NCBI GenBank assembly: GCA_043744275.1 | Contig: JAYTUY010000012.1 | Coordinates: forward strand, 5,403 to 69,402 | From: Saprospiraceae bacterium | Lineage (GTDB): Bacteria > Bacteroidota > Bacteroidia > Chitinophagales > Saprospiraceae | Length of the DNA: 64,000 nt | Direction of reading: 5' to 3' | Part shown: one piece after another, positions 39,685 through 49,333 of the stretch | Layout of the letters: every line of letters begins with the position of its first letter | Numbering within the stretch: the first letter of the stretch is position 1 | The notes under the pieces: generated by a model | The model's input: the letters and a program-made list of their open reading frames with translations, nothing else | What the model was told of the DNA's origin: nothing | The model's database searches: none | Position numbers and translations under genes: made by a program

Positions 39685-40974
39685 TTAAATAAATGCATTC
39701 AATGATTTTTCAATAATAGAAAGGCTTTCATGAATTTGAGTTTCTGTAATGACCAATGGTGGTGCTAATCTGATTTTATTGCCATGCGTCGGCTTAGCTA
39801 ATAAGCCATTGTCTCTAAATTTTAAGCAAATATTCCAAGCCAAATCAGAGTCTTCGCCGCTATCAATCACGATGGCATTTAGCAAGCCTTTGCCACGAAC
39901 AAGTGTTATCAATTTATTTCGTTGAGCTATTTCTTCTAAGCCGTTTCTAAATATTTTACCCATTTTTTCAGCATTTTCTGCCAAATTTTCATCAATTACC
40001 ACTTGTAAAGCCTCGCGAGCGACAGCACAAGCCAATGGATTGCCACCAAATGTAGAACCATGCTCGCCTGGTTTGATGGTCAACATAATTTCGTCATTGG
40101 CTAAAACAGCCGATACAGGAAACACGCCGCCTGATAATGCTTTCCCAAGTATCAAAATGTCGGGTTTTACTGAGGGGGTGTTTTCACAACCGTTTTTACA
40201 ATCACAATTGCCGCAAGTTGCTAATAATCTGCCTGTACGAGCGATGCCTGTTTGGATTTCATCAGCTATAAAAAGAACATTATGCTGATTACATAATTGC
40301 TGAACACCTGGCAAATAATTATCATCTGGCACCACCACGCCTGCTTCACCTTGAATAGGTTCGACTATAAATCCTGCTATATTTTTATTACGCTCTAAAA
40401 TTTCCTTCAAAGCATTTAAGTCATTATAAGCAATCGTTTCGATACCGCCCATAAACGGACCAAATCCTGTGCGGCTACTTGGATCGGTTGAAGCAGAAAC
40501 GACAGACAGCGTTCTACCATGAAAATTACCCTTTGCGAAGATAATAACTGCTTGATTTTCAGCAATACCTTTCACTTGATATGCCCATTTGCGGCAGAGT
40601 TTCATAGCCGTTTCGACGGCTTCCACACCTGAATTCATTAAAAGCACTTTGTCAAAATTGAAGAGTTGAGTCATATATTCTTCAAACTCACCGAGCAAAC
40701 TGCTGTGAAAAGCCCTTGATGTGAGGGTTAGTTTTTCAGCTTGATTTTTCAAGGCTTGAATAATTCTGGGATGGCAATGACCTTGATTGACCGCAGAGTA
40801 GGCAGATAAAAAATCGAAATATTTTTTCCCTTCAACGTCCCAAACAAACACCCCTTCGCCACGCTCTAACACGACAGGCAATGGGTGATAATTGTGAGCA
40901 CCATATTTATTTTCTTTCTCTATCGCCGTTTCAGTTTTGCTCAGAGAAGTATTTAAAGTCATGACCTGTTCCAT
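39685..40974 (-). CDS. rocD: ornithine--oxo-acid aminotransferase
   Basis: [11 protein letters not shown] and LGKALSGG (PLP lysine), with an OAT-like N-terminus. It carries an extra Cys-rich insert. Confidence 0.9.
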   Translation of the reverse strand: MEQVMTLNTSLSKTETAIEKENKYGAHNYHPLPVVLERGEGVFVWDVEGKKYFDFLSAYSAVNQGHCHPRIIQALKNQAEKLTLTSRAFHSSLLGEFEEYMTQLFNFDKVLLMNSGVEAVETAMKLCRKWAYQVKGIAENQAVIIFAKGNFHGRTLSVVSASTDPSSRTGFGPFMGGIETIAYNDLNALKEILERNKNIAGFIVEPIQGEAGVVVPDDNYLPGVQQLCNQHNVLFIADEIQTGIARTGRLLATCGNCDCKNGCENTPSVKPDILILGKALSGGVFPVSAVLANDEIMLTIKPGEHGSTFGGNPLACAVAREALQVVIDENLAENAEKMGKIFRNGLEEIAQRNKLITLVRGKGLLNAIVIDSGEDSDLAWNICLKFRDNGLLAKPTHGNKIRLAPPLVITETQIHESLSIIEKSLNAFI

Positions 40975-41132
40975 AATTTGTGTATTTTTAATTGAAAGAA
41001 AAAATTAAATTTAATGTGCAAAATTAGGGTAATATTTTTGCTTAGCCAAATATTCATTTAAATTTGACTTTTATTTTAAATAAAATAAGTCATATTTATT
41101 ATTTTAAATAAAAAATAAGTCAAAATAAATTA

Positions 41133-41594
41133 ATGAATACGATGGAAAATTTAGACGATTTTGACATTCAGATACTCCGCCAGCTTGAGATTGATGGCAG
41201 GAAAGCCTTCTCAGCTATTGCAACTGAACTGGGTATTTCTAATACAATGGTGCATCAACGCGTGAATAGGCTCACAGAGCAAGGAATACTGAGGGGTATC
41301 AAACCCGTATTGGACGAGAAGAAAATTGGCTACGATTGGGGTGCATTCACAGGCATCACTTTAGAAAAAGACCATGATTCGGAGCGGATTATCGAGGCAC
41401 TTAAAAATATTCCTGAGGTAACGGAGTGCTATTATATCACAGGCACTTACACGCTCTACCTTCGCATCATCGCCAAAAATCACGAAGATATGCGGCGAAT
41501 ATTGTATGACAAAATAGATAATATTTCGGGCATCGCTAAAACTGATTCGATTATAGAACTCGGTTGTGCTTTCAAAAGAAATATCGTCTTATAA
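41133..41594 (+). CDS. Lrp/AsnC family transcriptional regulator
   Basis: HTH FSAIATELGISNTMVHQRVNRL plus a RAM-type C-terminal domain. It is divergent from rocD-rocF. Confidence 0.85.
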   Translation: MNTMENLDDFDIQILRQLEIDGRKAFSAIATELGISNTMVHQRVNRLTEQGILRGIKPVLDEKKIGYDWGAFTGITLEKDHDSERIIEALKNIPEVTECYYITGTYTLYLRIIAKNHEDMRRILYDKIDNISGIAKTDSIIELGCAFKRNIVL

Positions 41595-41658
41595 TTTCGG
41601 ATTTGGGATTTGGGATTTCGGACACTTCTCGGGCGCGCCCGAAATCCGAAATCCGAAA
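41595..41658 (+). terminator. hairpin of tandem ATTTCGG/ATTTGGG heptamers around a CGGGCGCGCCCG core
   Basis: It starts right after the stop at 41594. The right arm is CCGAAAT x3. Confidence 0.6.
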
Positions 41659-41729
41659 TACTGAGGGGGTAGGGCAGAAGTTACTCTAACAGTCTAATGT
41701 CTATTTTTCTAAATTCTAAAATAACGGCA

Positions 41730-41771
41730 CAAAAAAAACAGGGCGACAATTCGCTGAGCGAACGCACCCTG
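41730..41771 (-). terminator. orphan intrinsic terminator on the minus strand
   Basis: The minus-strand hairpin CAGGGTGCGTTCGCTCAGCGAATTGTCGCCCTG is followed by T8. No minus-strand CDS lies upstream. Confidence 0.5.
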
Positions 41772-42399
41772 TATAACCCCAAAAAACCAAATGAAAACAA
41801 TCTACATATAATAATCCTGAACTAAATCAGGAACATTAAAATCTTTTTATAATCTAACTACGCTATCTTTAACAAAAAAGATTTATAATAGTTGATTTTT
41901 TTTTTAATTAACAGAAATCTTATTTTCTGTTGTTGACATTTTGACGAGATAGCTTTTATAAGTCACATTTTCCTTAGAAAAAAAACTAAAAAAATTTTAT
42001 AAAACAAATTTAGGTAAAAAAATAATTACACACAAATTTTTTTATTAAATATTCAGTCTCTTTTTTTATATCTTTTAACTGATTTAGGGTAAAAATGAAA
42101 AATAAATATTCAAGTGCTATCATTAAATATGATACAAAGATAAGTCACATTTTTTAAATTTTCATCATAATTTAGTCAAAAAAATGTTAATGCACTTAAA
42201 TATTAACATTTTTTTGATTTTGATAAATTCTATTAAATCATTTAATATTTTGAAATTTCGTCTAAAAAAGAAATTTATTTTAGATAAATACTTTGAAAAG
42301 CGATTTTTATTCTAAATTCGCTCCTCAAAGTTAGTGTCTTTTTAACAATTATTATTTGCGAAAATTCGCTTGAAAAATTTTTAAACAACCAATTTTAAT

Positions 42400-44076
42400 A
42401 TGCAAACAGGTCTCCAAACTTTAGATTATTTCGTTTTTCTCTTTTATTTTATCGTGGTAGCCACTTATGGTTATTGGATTTATAATCGCAAAAAAAAGGC
42501 TGAAACAAGTTCAGCAGATTATTTTCTCGCTGAAGGCTCGCTCACTTGGTGGGCTATCGGTGCTTCGCTCATCGCATCCAATATTTCTGCCGAGCAGTTT
42601 ATCGGGATGAGTGGTAATGGTTTTAAAATGGGTTTAGCCATTGCCACCTACGAATGGATGGCAGCGGCAACGCTTATGATTGTCGCCATTTTCTTCATGC
42701 CAATCTATTTGAAAAACCATATTTTCACGATGCCTCAGTTTCTTGAAAAAAGATACGATAGTCGCGTGAGTATGGTGATGGCGATATTTTGGCTTTTATT
42801 GTATGTTGTCGTGAACTTGACTGCTATCTTATATTTAGGTGCTTTAGCGGTTAATTCTATTTCAGGCATCAACTTCACTGTTTGTATGCTTGGATTGGCA
42901 CTATTTGCTTTGTTCATTACGCTCGGTGGTATGAAAGTCATTGGCTACACCGACGTTGTTCAAGTTGTTTTCCTCATCATTGGCGGTTTAGCGACCACTT
43001 ATTTAGCAGTCAATATGGTGTCTAAAGAATTTGGCGTGGATGGTGTCATGGGTGGATTGGGTGTGATGATGGACAAAACGCCAGACCATTTTCATATGGT
43101 TTTTGACAAATCGAATCCTAACTATATGAGCCTTCCTGGCTTGAGTATTTTGATTGGCGGTATGTGGATTATCAACCTCAACTATTGGGGTTGCAATCAA
43201 TACATTACGCAGCGGGCACTTGGGGCGGATTTGAAAACGGCTCGGAGCGGTATCCTTTTCGCTGCATTTTTGAAATTGCTCATGCCAGTTATTGTGGTTT
43301 TGCCTGGTATTGCTGCATTTGTATTGCATCAAAAAGGTTTATTGCAATCAGAAATGTTAGGAAAAGATGGTTCATTATCTCAAGACAATGCGTACCCTGT
43401 GATGATGAATTTATTGGGTCCAGGTCTGAAAGGTTTGGCTTTTGCTGCCTTGACAGCCGCTATTGTTGCATCGTTAGCGGGCAAAGCCAACTCGATTTCG
43501 ACTATTTTTACTTTAGATATTTATAAAAAAGTAATTAATAAAGATGCTGATGAAAAGCAATTGGTGAGCGTAGGACGCACTGCTATTATTGTCTCTCTCA
43601 TTCTTGCGGTTATCATTTCGCCGTTTATGGGCATCGATAAAAAAGGTGGTTTCGAGTTTATTCAAGAATATACGGGCTTCTTATCTCCTGGTATTTTCGC
43701 CATGTTCATTTTAGGTTTCTTCTGGAAACGCACGACAGCAAATGCCGCTTTATTCGCAACATTGGGCGGTTTTATCATGTCGTGCATATTTAAGGCATTG
43801 CCTAATTTTATGGATTTATCAGGATTAGCGAATTTAGGTTTTGCAGCGCTTAATGATAAAGGTGTATATGAAATTCCTTTTATTGACCGTATGGGTTTCG
43901 TATTTGTTCTTTCTGTTATCGGTATGGTTATCATTAGTCTTTCCGATGAGAAGAGCAAAAACAATCCAAAAGGCTTGGAAATCGACTCATCTATGTTCAA
44001 AATGTCGAATGGTTTTGCTGCAGGTGCTTTAATCGTTTTAGGTATTTTAGCTGCACTTTATACTATTTTTTGGTAG
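42400..44076 (+). CDS. sodium:solute symporter (SSS/SGLT family)
   Basis: About 14 TM segments, with the ADYFLAEGSLTWWAIGASLIASNISAEQFIGMSG block typical of the SSS family. Confidence 0.85.
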   Translation: MQTGLQTLDYFVFLFYFIVVATYGYWIYNRKKKAETSSADYFLAEGSLTWWAIGASLIASNISAEQFIGMSGNGFKMGLAIATYEWMAAATLMIVAIFFMPIYLKNHIFTMPQFLEKRYDSRVSMVMAIFWLLLYVVVNLTAILYLGALAVNSISGINFTVCMLGLALFALFITLGGMKVIGYTDVVQVVFLIIGGLATTYLAVNMVSKEFGVDGVMGGLGVMMDKTPDHFHMVFDKSNPNYMSLPGLSILIGGMWIINLNYWGCNQYITQRALGADLKTARSGILFAAFLKLLMPVIVVLPGIAAFVLHQKGLLQSEMLGKDGSLSQDNAYPVMMNLLGPGLKGLAFAALTAAIVASLAGKANSISTIFTLDIYKKVINKDADEKQLVSVGRTAIIVSLILAVIISPFMGIDKKGGFEFIQEYTGFLSPGIFAMFILGFFWKRTTANAALFATLGGFIMSCIFKALPNFMDLSGLANLGFAALNDKGVYEIPFIDRMGFVFVLSVIGMVIISLSDEKSKNNPKGLEIDSSMFKMSNGFAAGALIVLGILAALYTIFW

Positions 44077-44107
44077 AATTTATCTTAAAAAATAACGTTT
44101 TAGAATC

Positions 44108-44146
44108 AAAAACCCGAATCGCAATCGAATGCTTTTCGGGTTTTTA
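44108..44146 (+). terminator. intrinsic terminator after the symporter
   Basis: Stem AAAAACCCGAA/TTCGGGTTTTT. Confidence 0.7.
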
Positions 44147-44247
44147 ATTTTTAATAAATATAAAAGTCAACACCTAAATTGGTAAAATTCGTAAATTCGT
44201 TAAATTCGCGGCTTCCTAAACGTAATAGCTATAATTCAAAGTTTAAA

Positions 44248-45588
44248 ATGATAGAAAATCTCTATAAAATATTTCAAGAATACCAGACCGTCACGACCGA
44301 TACCCGTCAAATTACTGAGGGGTGCATCTTTTTTGCACTCAAAGGCGATACCTTCGATGGGAATGTTTTCGCAGAAAAAGCCTTAGAATTGGGAGCAATA
44401 TGCGCCGTTATTGACAATATTAGCTTCAAAAAAGATGATCGCTACTTTTTAGTGGACGATGTTTTGACCGCACTCCAAGATTTGGCAAGGCATCATCGCC
44501 GCCAATTTGATTTCCCAATTATCGCTATTACAGGCTCAAACGGAAAGACAACCACGAAAGAATTAATGGCTGCCGTAATGTCGAGTCAATACAATACTCA
44601 TTTTACAAAAGGCAATTTTAATAACCATATTGGCGTGCCGTTGACCCTTCTGCAACTCAATGCTGATCATGAAGTCGCCATCATCGAAATGGGGGCGAAC
44701 CACCAAGGGGAGATTGATTTATTGTGCAGAATAGCCGAGCCAACACATGGCTTAATCACCAATATGGGCAAAGCGCATTTAGAAGGTTTTGGCGGTTTTG
44801 AAGGGGTGAAAAAAGGGAAATCTGAGATGTATCGTTGGCTTGAAATGCATCTTGGCACTATTTTCTTGAATCAAGATGAGCCATATTTAATGGAATGCCT
44901 ACCTCAAAGTGCCTCACGTGTCATAACATACTGCCTCAGCCATGCACCCTCTATGACTACCCCTCAGTATGAAATCACTTTGGAGGCTTCAAAAGGCTTT
45001 TTGAAAGTCGGTTTTCTTAATTCAAAAGGTGAAATGGTGTATGCCACGACCAATTTAATCGGCGAATATAATTTTGCGAACATCGCTACGGCAGTGGCAG
45101 TCGGTAAATATTTTAAAGTACCGACAAGCAAAATTAAAAATGCTTTAGAAAATTATGTGCCCAGCATGAATCGTTCTCAACTCATGGAATATAAGGGCGC
45201 AACGCTCATTATGGATGCTTACAATGCCAATCCATCGAGCATGAAACAAGCTCTTTTGAATCTTTCAAAAATGCCTCAAACCTATAAAATTGCCATCATC
45301 GGCGATATGCGCGAACTCGGAGAGGAAAGTTTGAGAGAACATATTTCTATTTTAGAATTGGCTAAGTCATTGAATTTCAATGAGTTAGTAACAGTTGGAC
45401 ATGAATTTGGAAGAGTAAATATTGTCACTGCGAGCGGAGCGTGGCAGGAGGGGGTACATTTTGATGAAACTGAAAACGCCATGCAATGGTTTCAAAACAA
45501 AAAGTTTGAAAACGAAACTTGCATTTTAATCAAAGGCTCAAGGGGCATGAAATTAGAAACTTTATTAGAAAAACCGCAAACCCACTGA
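44248..45588 (+). CDS. murF: UDP-N-acetylmuramoyl-tripeptide--D-alanyl-D-alanine ligase
   Basis: TDTRQI start block and P-loop ITGSNGKTTTKE. I moved the start to MIENLYKIF. Confidence 0.9.
   Translation: MIENLYKIFQEYQTVTTDTRQITEGCIFFALKGDTFDGNVFAEKALELGAICAVIDNISFKKDDRYFLVDDVLTALQDLARHHRRQFDFPIIAITGSNGKTTTKELMAAVMSSQYNTHFTKGNFNNHIGVPLTLLQLNADHEVAIIEMGANHQGEIDLLCRIAEPTHGLITNMGKAHLEGFGGFEGVKKGKSEMYRWLEMHLGTIFLNQDEPYLMECLPQSASRVITYCLSHAPSMTTPQYEITLEASKGFLKVGFLNSKGEMVYATTNLIGEYNFANIATAVAVGKYFKVPTSKIKNALENYVPSMNRSQLMEYKGATLIMDAYNANPSSMKQALLNLSKMPQTYKIAIIGDMRELGEESLREHISILELAKSLNFNELVTVGHEFGRVNIVTASGAWQEGVHFDETENAMQWFQNKKFENETCILIKGSRGMKLETLLEKPQTH
45422..45454 (+). repeat. 33-bp GC-rich dispersed element, copy 2 (TTGTCACTGCGAGCGGAGCGTGGCAGGAGGGGG)
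   Basis: It matches 12574-12606 with 1 substitution and is translated as VTASGAWQEG inside murF. Confidence 0.8.
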
Positions 45589-47421
45589 CCAGCCCCACCA
45601 CTCATATTTATCGCCTGAAAGTTTGGCTTTTTCAGGGATAAGGTTCTTTTTTATCATTGAAATATCATTTGCAGTTTGATTTTTTGAATTAAGAAAATAG
45701 GTATTCCAAGTAGGGGCAAAGCCAATTCCAACCCGCTTCGTAATTTGTAAATTGAGGGCAGGAGCCAAGCGAACCAAACCACCTCGATTTTCAAAAAGCG
45801 GGTCAATCCAATAGCGATGTGCCGTAGCATCCAAAGTGAGGGCTACTGTTTTGCCAAACCAAATACTCGTGCCTAAGCCCATGCCACCGCTCAAAATATT
45901 GGTTTTTTGACCGAGTTGAGGTTGCCCACCCAAAGCATAAATAGTATAAAACCAGCGAGTGCCTGTGCGGAAAGAAATATTGCCATAAGTGACATCATTG
46001 CTCGAAAATTCAAGCACATGATAGCCTTTTTTGACAATATTAATCAAACCCAACAGCACCCCATCCGCCGTATCTGCTCTATTAATCAAGCCAATTTGAA
46101 GACCCCTCAGTCTATTCGCATGATTAATCAAACCAATTTGGATGCCTACTGTATCAGCTTTATTACCCACCGCAGCCGCTTGGAAAAAAGTGCGTCCTTC
46201 TGCCGTTTTGTTGTACATGCCAGCCACTTGAAAAACGCCTCTGCTACCTATCTCTGCATAATTATTAATGCCTGAAATTTGGAGACCCCTCAGTATTGTA
46301 TCTGAATAATTTGTAATGCCACCTACTTGAAAACCACTCACTTTCCTCGTCCGATTGATAATAGCAGAGGCTTGAATTCCTTTCATATTCCCTTTGACAA
46401 TATTAAAAAGTGACGCCAATTGCACACCTTTTACATCGCCTTGACTGATATTTCCCACGCCCGCTACCTCCATTTTATTATTTCCCTTTGAGTAACCGAC
46501 CGTCGCATTTACTGACCAATCATTGACCACGTTGCCACTCAAAGCCAAGTTTGTACCCACGTAAGGCGCGAGCGACGCTTGCCATTTTCTACTGAGGGGT
46601 TCTTGAATATTCAGTTCATTGATGCGCTGAAGTTCACTCACAGTCCGTCGAATGGCTTGATTGATTTGCAAATTGGAAATAAGCGTTTGCTCTGTAAAAT
46701 CTTCGGTTTTAGGCGTTTTTTCTACAATTTCATCACTATTTGCTTGTATTTCTCTCGATTCAACCTCTATTTTAGGCAGTAAAGACACATCAATATTTTG
46801 AGGGCTTGCTTTTTCACTTCGCACTTGCAGAACTGTATCGCCATAATTATAGCGAGCGATGGAGAGTTGTTGAATGGGTTTGCGAGTAATAATTTCATAA
46901 TAGCCCGCGCTATCCGTTGTCGCTGAAGCCAGCGTTTTTTTATCGTAAACCGTCACGTTCGATAGCTTTTTACCCGTTTTTTTATCGCTGATATAGCCGC
47001 CAATGAGTTGCTCATCGGCTTTGAGTTTTTGAATAATCAGATAATTGCCTTTTTCTTTAAATTGAAAATTATTGCCCAAAAGATTGGTCAAAACAGTCCG
47101 CACTTTTTCAGATTCGACACTCAACGATACTTTTTTTTCAGCATTAAATATATGGGCATTGTAAGAAAAATAGAAACCTGCTTGAGTAGAAATATCTTTC
47201 AAAACATCGCCCAAAGGCATATTGACAACCCTAATCGTCACGCTTCGTTCAAGTATAGGAGCAGCCATACCCCCCTCAGTCATGCTTTCAGTGAGCGCAT
47301 TTTGCGCCATCACGCTATGCGTGGCTTGATGGCGCGTTTGCGCCATATTTTTGCTAAAAAGAGAGTAAAAAGTCGTTGAAAAAAATAGAATCAAGGGCAA
47401 CAAGTGTTTGTTTTTTCTCAT
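45565..47421 (-). CDS. STN domain + carboxypeptidase-regulatory-like domain + surface-repeat (LA_2272-like) protein
   Basis: Signal peptide, then an STN-like block VTIRVVNMPLGDVLKDISTQAGFYFSY, then GGYISDKKTGKKLSNVTVYD, then many G(V/I)Q(I/L)xG(I/L)xN repeats. I saw no TonB plug or barrel motifs. Confidence 0.65.
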   Translation of the reverse strand: MRKNKHLLPLILFFSTTFYSLFSKNMAQTRHQATHSVMAQNALTESMTEGGMAAPILERSVTIRVVNMPLGDVLKDISTQAGFYFSYNAHIFNAEKKVSLSVESEKVRTVLTNLLGNNFQFKEKGNYLIIQKLKADEQLIGGYISDKKTGKKLSNVTVYDKKTLASATTDSAGYYEIITRKPIQQLSIARYNYGDTVLQVRSEKASPQNIDVSLLPKIEVESREIQANSDEIVEKTPKTEDFTEQTLISNLQINQAIRRTVSELQRINELNIQEPLSRKWQASLAPYVGTNLALSGNVVNDWSVNATVGYSKGNNKMEVAGVGNISQGDVKGVQLASLFNIVKGNMKGIQASAIINRTRKVSGFQVGGITNYSDTILRGLQISGINNYAEIGSRGVFQVAGMYNKTAEGRTFFQAAAVGNKADTVGIQIGLINHANRLRGLQIGLINRADTADGVLLGLINIVKKGYHVLEFSSNDVTYGNISFRTGTRWFYTIYALGGQPQLGQKTNILSGGMGLGTSIWFGKTVALTLDATAHRYWIDPLFENRGGLVRLAPALNLQITKRVGIGFAPTWNTYFLNSKNQTANDISMIKKNLIPEKAKLSGDKYEWWGWSVGLRFF

Positions 47422-47476
47422 AAAATTTTAATTTTCACTAAGAAAATCCCTAATAATCAAGGATTTGAATGTACAA

Positions 47477-47509
47477 AACCTATAAGATTTTCAAAATCTT
47501 ATAGGTTTG
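47477..47509. repeat. palindrome AAACCTATAAGATTTT-C-AAAATCTTATAGGTTT
   Basis: Read directly. It lies in the leader of the STN gene. Confidence 0.55.
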
Positions 47510-47592
47510 TAAAGTTTGCCAATAACTCGGGGTTGTATAATGAATTTTTTGATACTACGTATCAGCAGGAAATCTTAAATTCTGTGGTTATT

Positions 47593-47714
47593 ATAAACAT
47601 TTTGACTCTCCGAGTCATTTTAATTTTCGCTTTTAATGACTCGGAGAGTCAATATGTTTATAATAATCCGTATTAGAAAAGGCTCTTCCTGACACGGAGT
47701 GTCAACATATTTAT
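47593..47714. repeat. 27-bp inverted repeat (1 mismatch) plus a third degenerate arm copy
   Basis: ATAAACATTTTGACTCTCCGAGTCATT at 47593-47619, its complement at 47635-47661, and a related copy at 47688-47714. Confidence 0.65.
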
Positions 47715-47722
47715 TTAAATAT

Positions 47723-48718
47723 TTAATCACAACCCTTACCCCTAAGTATAATCCTATCTCCTTGCTTTTCAACCTCAATATTCATGCTTTCGCCTATAAT
47801 TTCATTAAAGAAAAACTCTAAATCCTGCCCTTCATAAACGGTTGTAATTTCACAGTTTTCAAGAGCAGACGACGCAATTTCTATATTATGTCCAAACAAT
47901 TTGTTTATTTTTTCGACTACGTTTTTCAGTTTTTCAGTCTCAAAATCCAAGCGACGCGTTTTATAAGCCGTGACATTTTTATCCGTATTATCACTTTCTT
48001 CAAATGATGCTGTCAAAATATCATAAACCGCTTTCTGTCCTTTTGTCAATCGAAGCCCAGCACCTTGCCCTTTCACCTCCACAATCCCTTCTTCAACGAC
48101 AACAATTACTTTATTGGGTTGCGACAAATTATCAATATTAAATGCAGTGCCGACTACTTTAACCTCTAAAGTTTTGACCTCAATCACAAACGGTTTTTCA
48201 ATATCATGCGCTACGGCGAAATAAGCCTCGCCCACCATTTTCACACGGCGTACAGTCTTAGAAAATGAAGTTGAAATACTTGATTTTTTATTCAAAGTAA
48301 TGACTGAACCGTCTGCTAAAGTTTCTGTTTTCACTGTTGTTTCAGCCATATATTTCTGCTCAATCGGCTTGTTTTTTTCAATAAAAACCAAGTAAGCTGT
48401 GGTTAAAAATGCAACGGCTGCCGCTATTTTTAAAATATTATTTATTGATAACCACTTGATTGTCAATGGTTTAGGTGCATGAATCTGATTTTGAACCTTT
48501 GCCCAAGCCACATCAGTATCTACTGCCATAGAGCCTGAATACTCAGGGGGCAAAGCATCACCCGCCTTCGTCCACAACTGTTTCAAATCGTCGAAGTACT
48601 GCCGATTTTCGCTGGCAGCATCCAGCCATTGACTCAGTTTTTCCTTGTCTATGACTGTCGCTTCATCGGTCAAAACTTTGCCGATGAGGTCATCTATTTC
48701 AGGTAAAAATGCGTTCAT
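47723..48718 (-). CDS. FecR family anti-sigma factor
   Basis: N-terminal anti-sigma helix region, a single TM segment (ILKIAAAVAFLTTAYLVFI) and a periplasmic FecR-like domain. Confidence 0.8.
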   Translation of the reverse strand: MNAFLPEIDDLIGKVLTDEATVIDKEKLSQWLDAASENRQYFDDLKQLWTKAGDALPPEYSGSMAVDTDVAWAKVQNQIHAPKPLTIKWLSINNILKIAAAVAFLTTAYLVFIEKNKPIEQKYMAETTVKTETLADGSVITLNKKSSISTSFSKTVRRVKMVGEAYFAVAHDIEKPFVIEVKTLEVKVVGTAFNIDNLSQPNKVIVVVEEGIVEVKGQGAGLRLTKGQKAVYDILTASFEESDNTDKNVTAYKTRRLDFETEKLKNVVEKINKLFGHNIEIASSALENCEITTVYEGQDLEFFFNEIIGESMNIEVEKQGDRIILRGKGCD

Positions 48719-48740
48719 TTTTATTTATTTTGAATCCTTT

Positions 48741-49319
48741 TTATTTCCCTATAAAATATAAATAAGCAACCACAAAACATAAAAAATCAACCAAATCCAA
48801 CCTCAATCTTTTCAATGCTTTCCCCATTTGATTCTCGACAGTTTTAATAGAAATATTCAGATGCTCGGCGATTTCTTTATATTTCATATCTTCAAAACGG
48901 CTGAGTTTGAAAACCAGACGGCACTGTTCGGGCAGTTCAGCAATCGCTTTTTCGATGCGTTGGCTGAGTGCCGATTCCGTCATTCGGTCAGGTTGAAAAT
49001 CGGGATTTTGATTGAGATTATCTAAATTCATGACTTTGTAAGCATCTCTAATTTGCGTTTTTTTAATCTGATTCAGACTCGCATTGCGAACAGCTCGGAA
49101 CAGATACGCCTGCACCGAGCTGGTCACTTCGAGGCTCGTTCGCTGTTCCCAAAGCCGACAAAACATCGTTTGTACCACTTCCTCCGCTTCTGCACGGTCT
49201 TCCAATAACGTACCAGCGAAGGCACACAGGCGAGGATAATACGCTCGGAACAATTGCTCAAACGCCGACTCATCGTCTATTTTGAAAGACGTAACTACTT
49301 GTTTTTCAATCAGTTGCAC
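48741..49319 (-). CDS. ECF (sigma-70 family) RNA polymerase sigma factor
   Basis: Region 2 FEQLFRAYYPRLCAFA and region 4 HTH KYKEIAEHLNISIKTVENQMGKAL. Confidence 0.85.
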   Translation of the reverse strand: MQLIEKQVVTSFKIDDESAFEQLFRAYYPRLCAFAGTLLEDRAEAEEVVQTMFCRLWEQRTSLEVTSSVQAYLFRAVRNASLNQIKKTQIRDAYKVMNLDNLNQNPDFQPDRMTESALSQRIEKAIAELPEQCRLVFKLSRFEDMKYKEIAEHLNISIKTVENQMGKALKRLRLDLVDFLCFVVAYLYFIGK

Positions 49320-49333
49320 AAATATTTGGTTTT

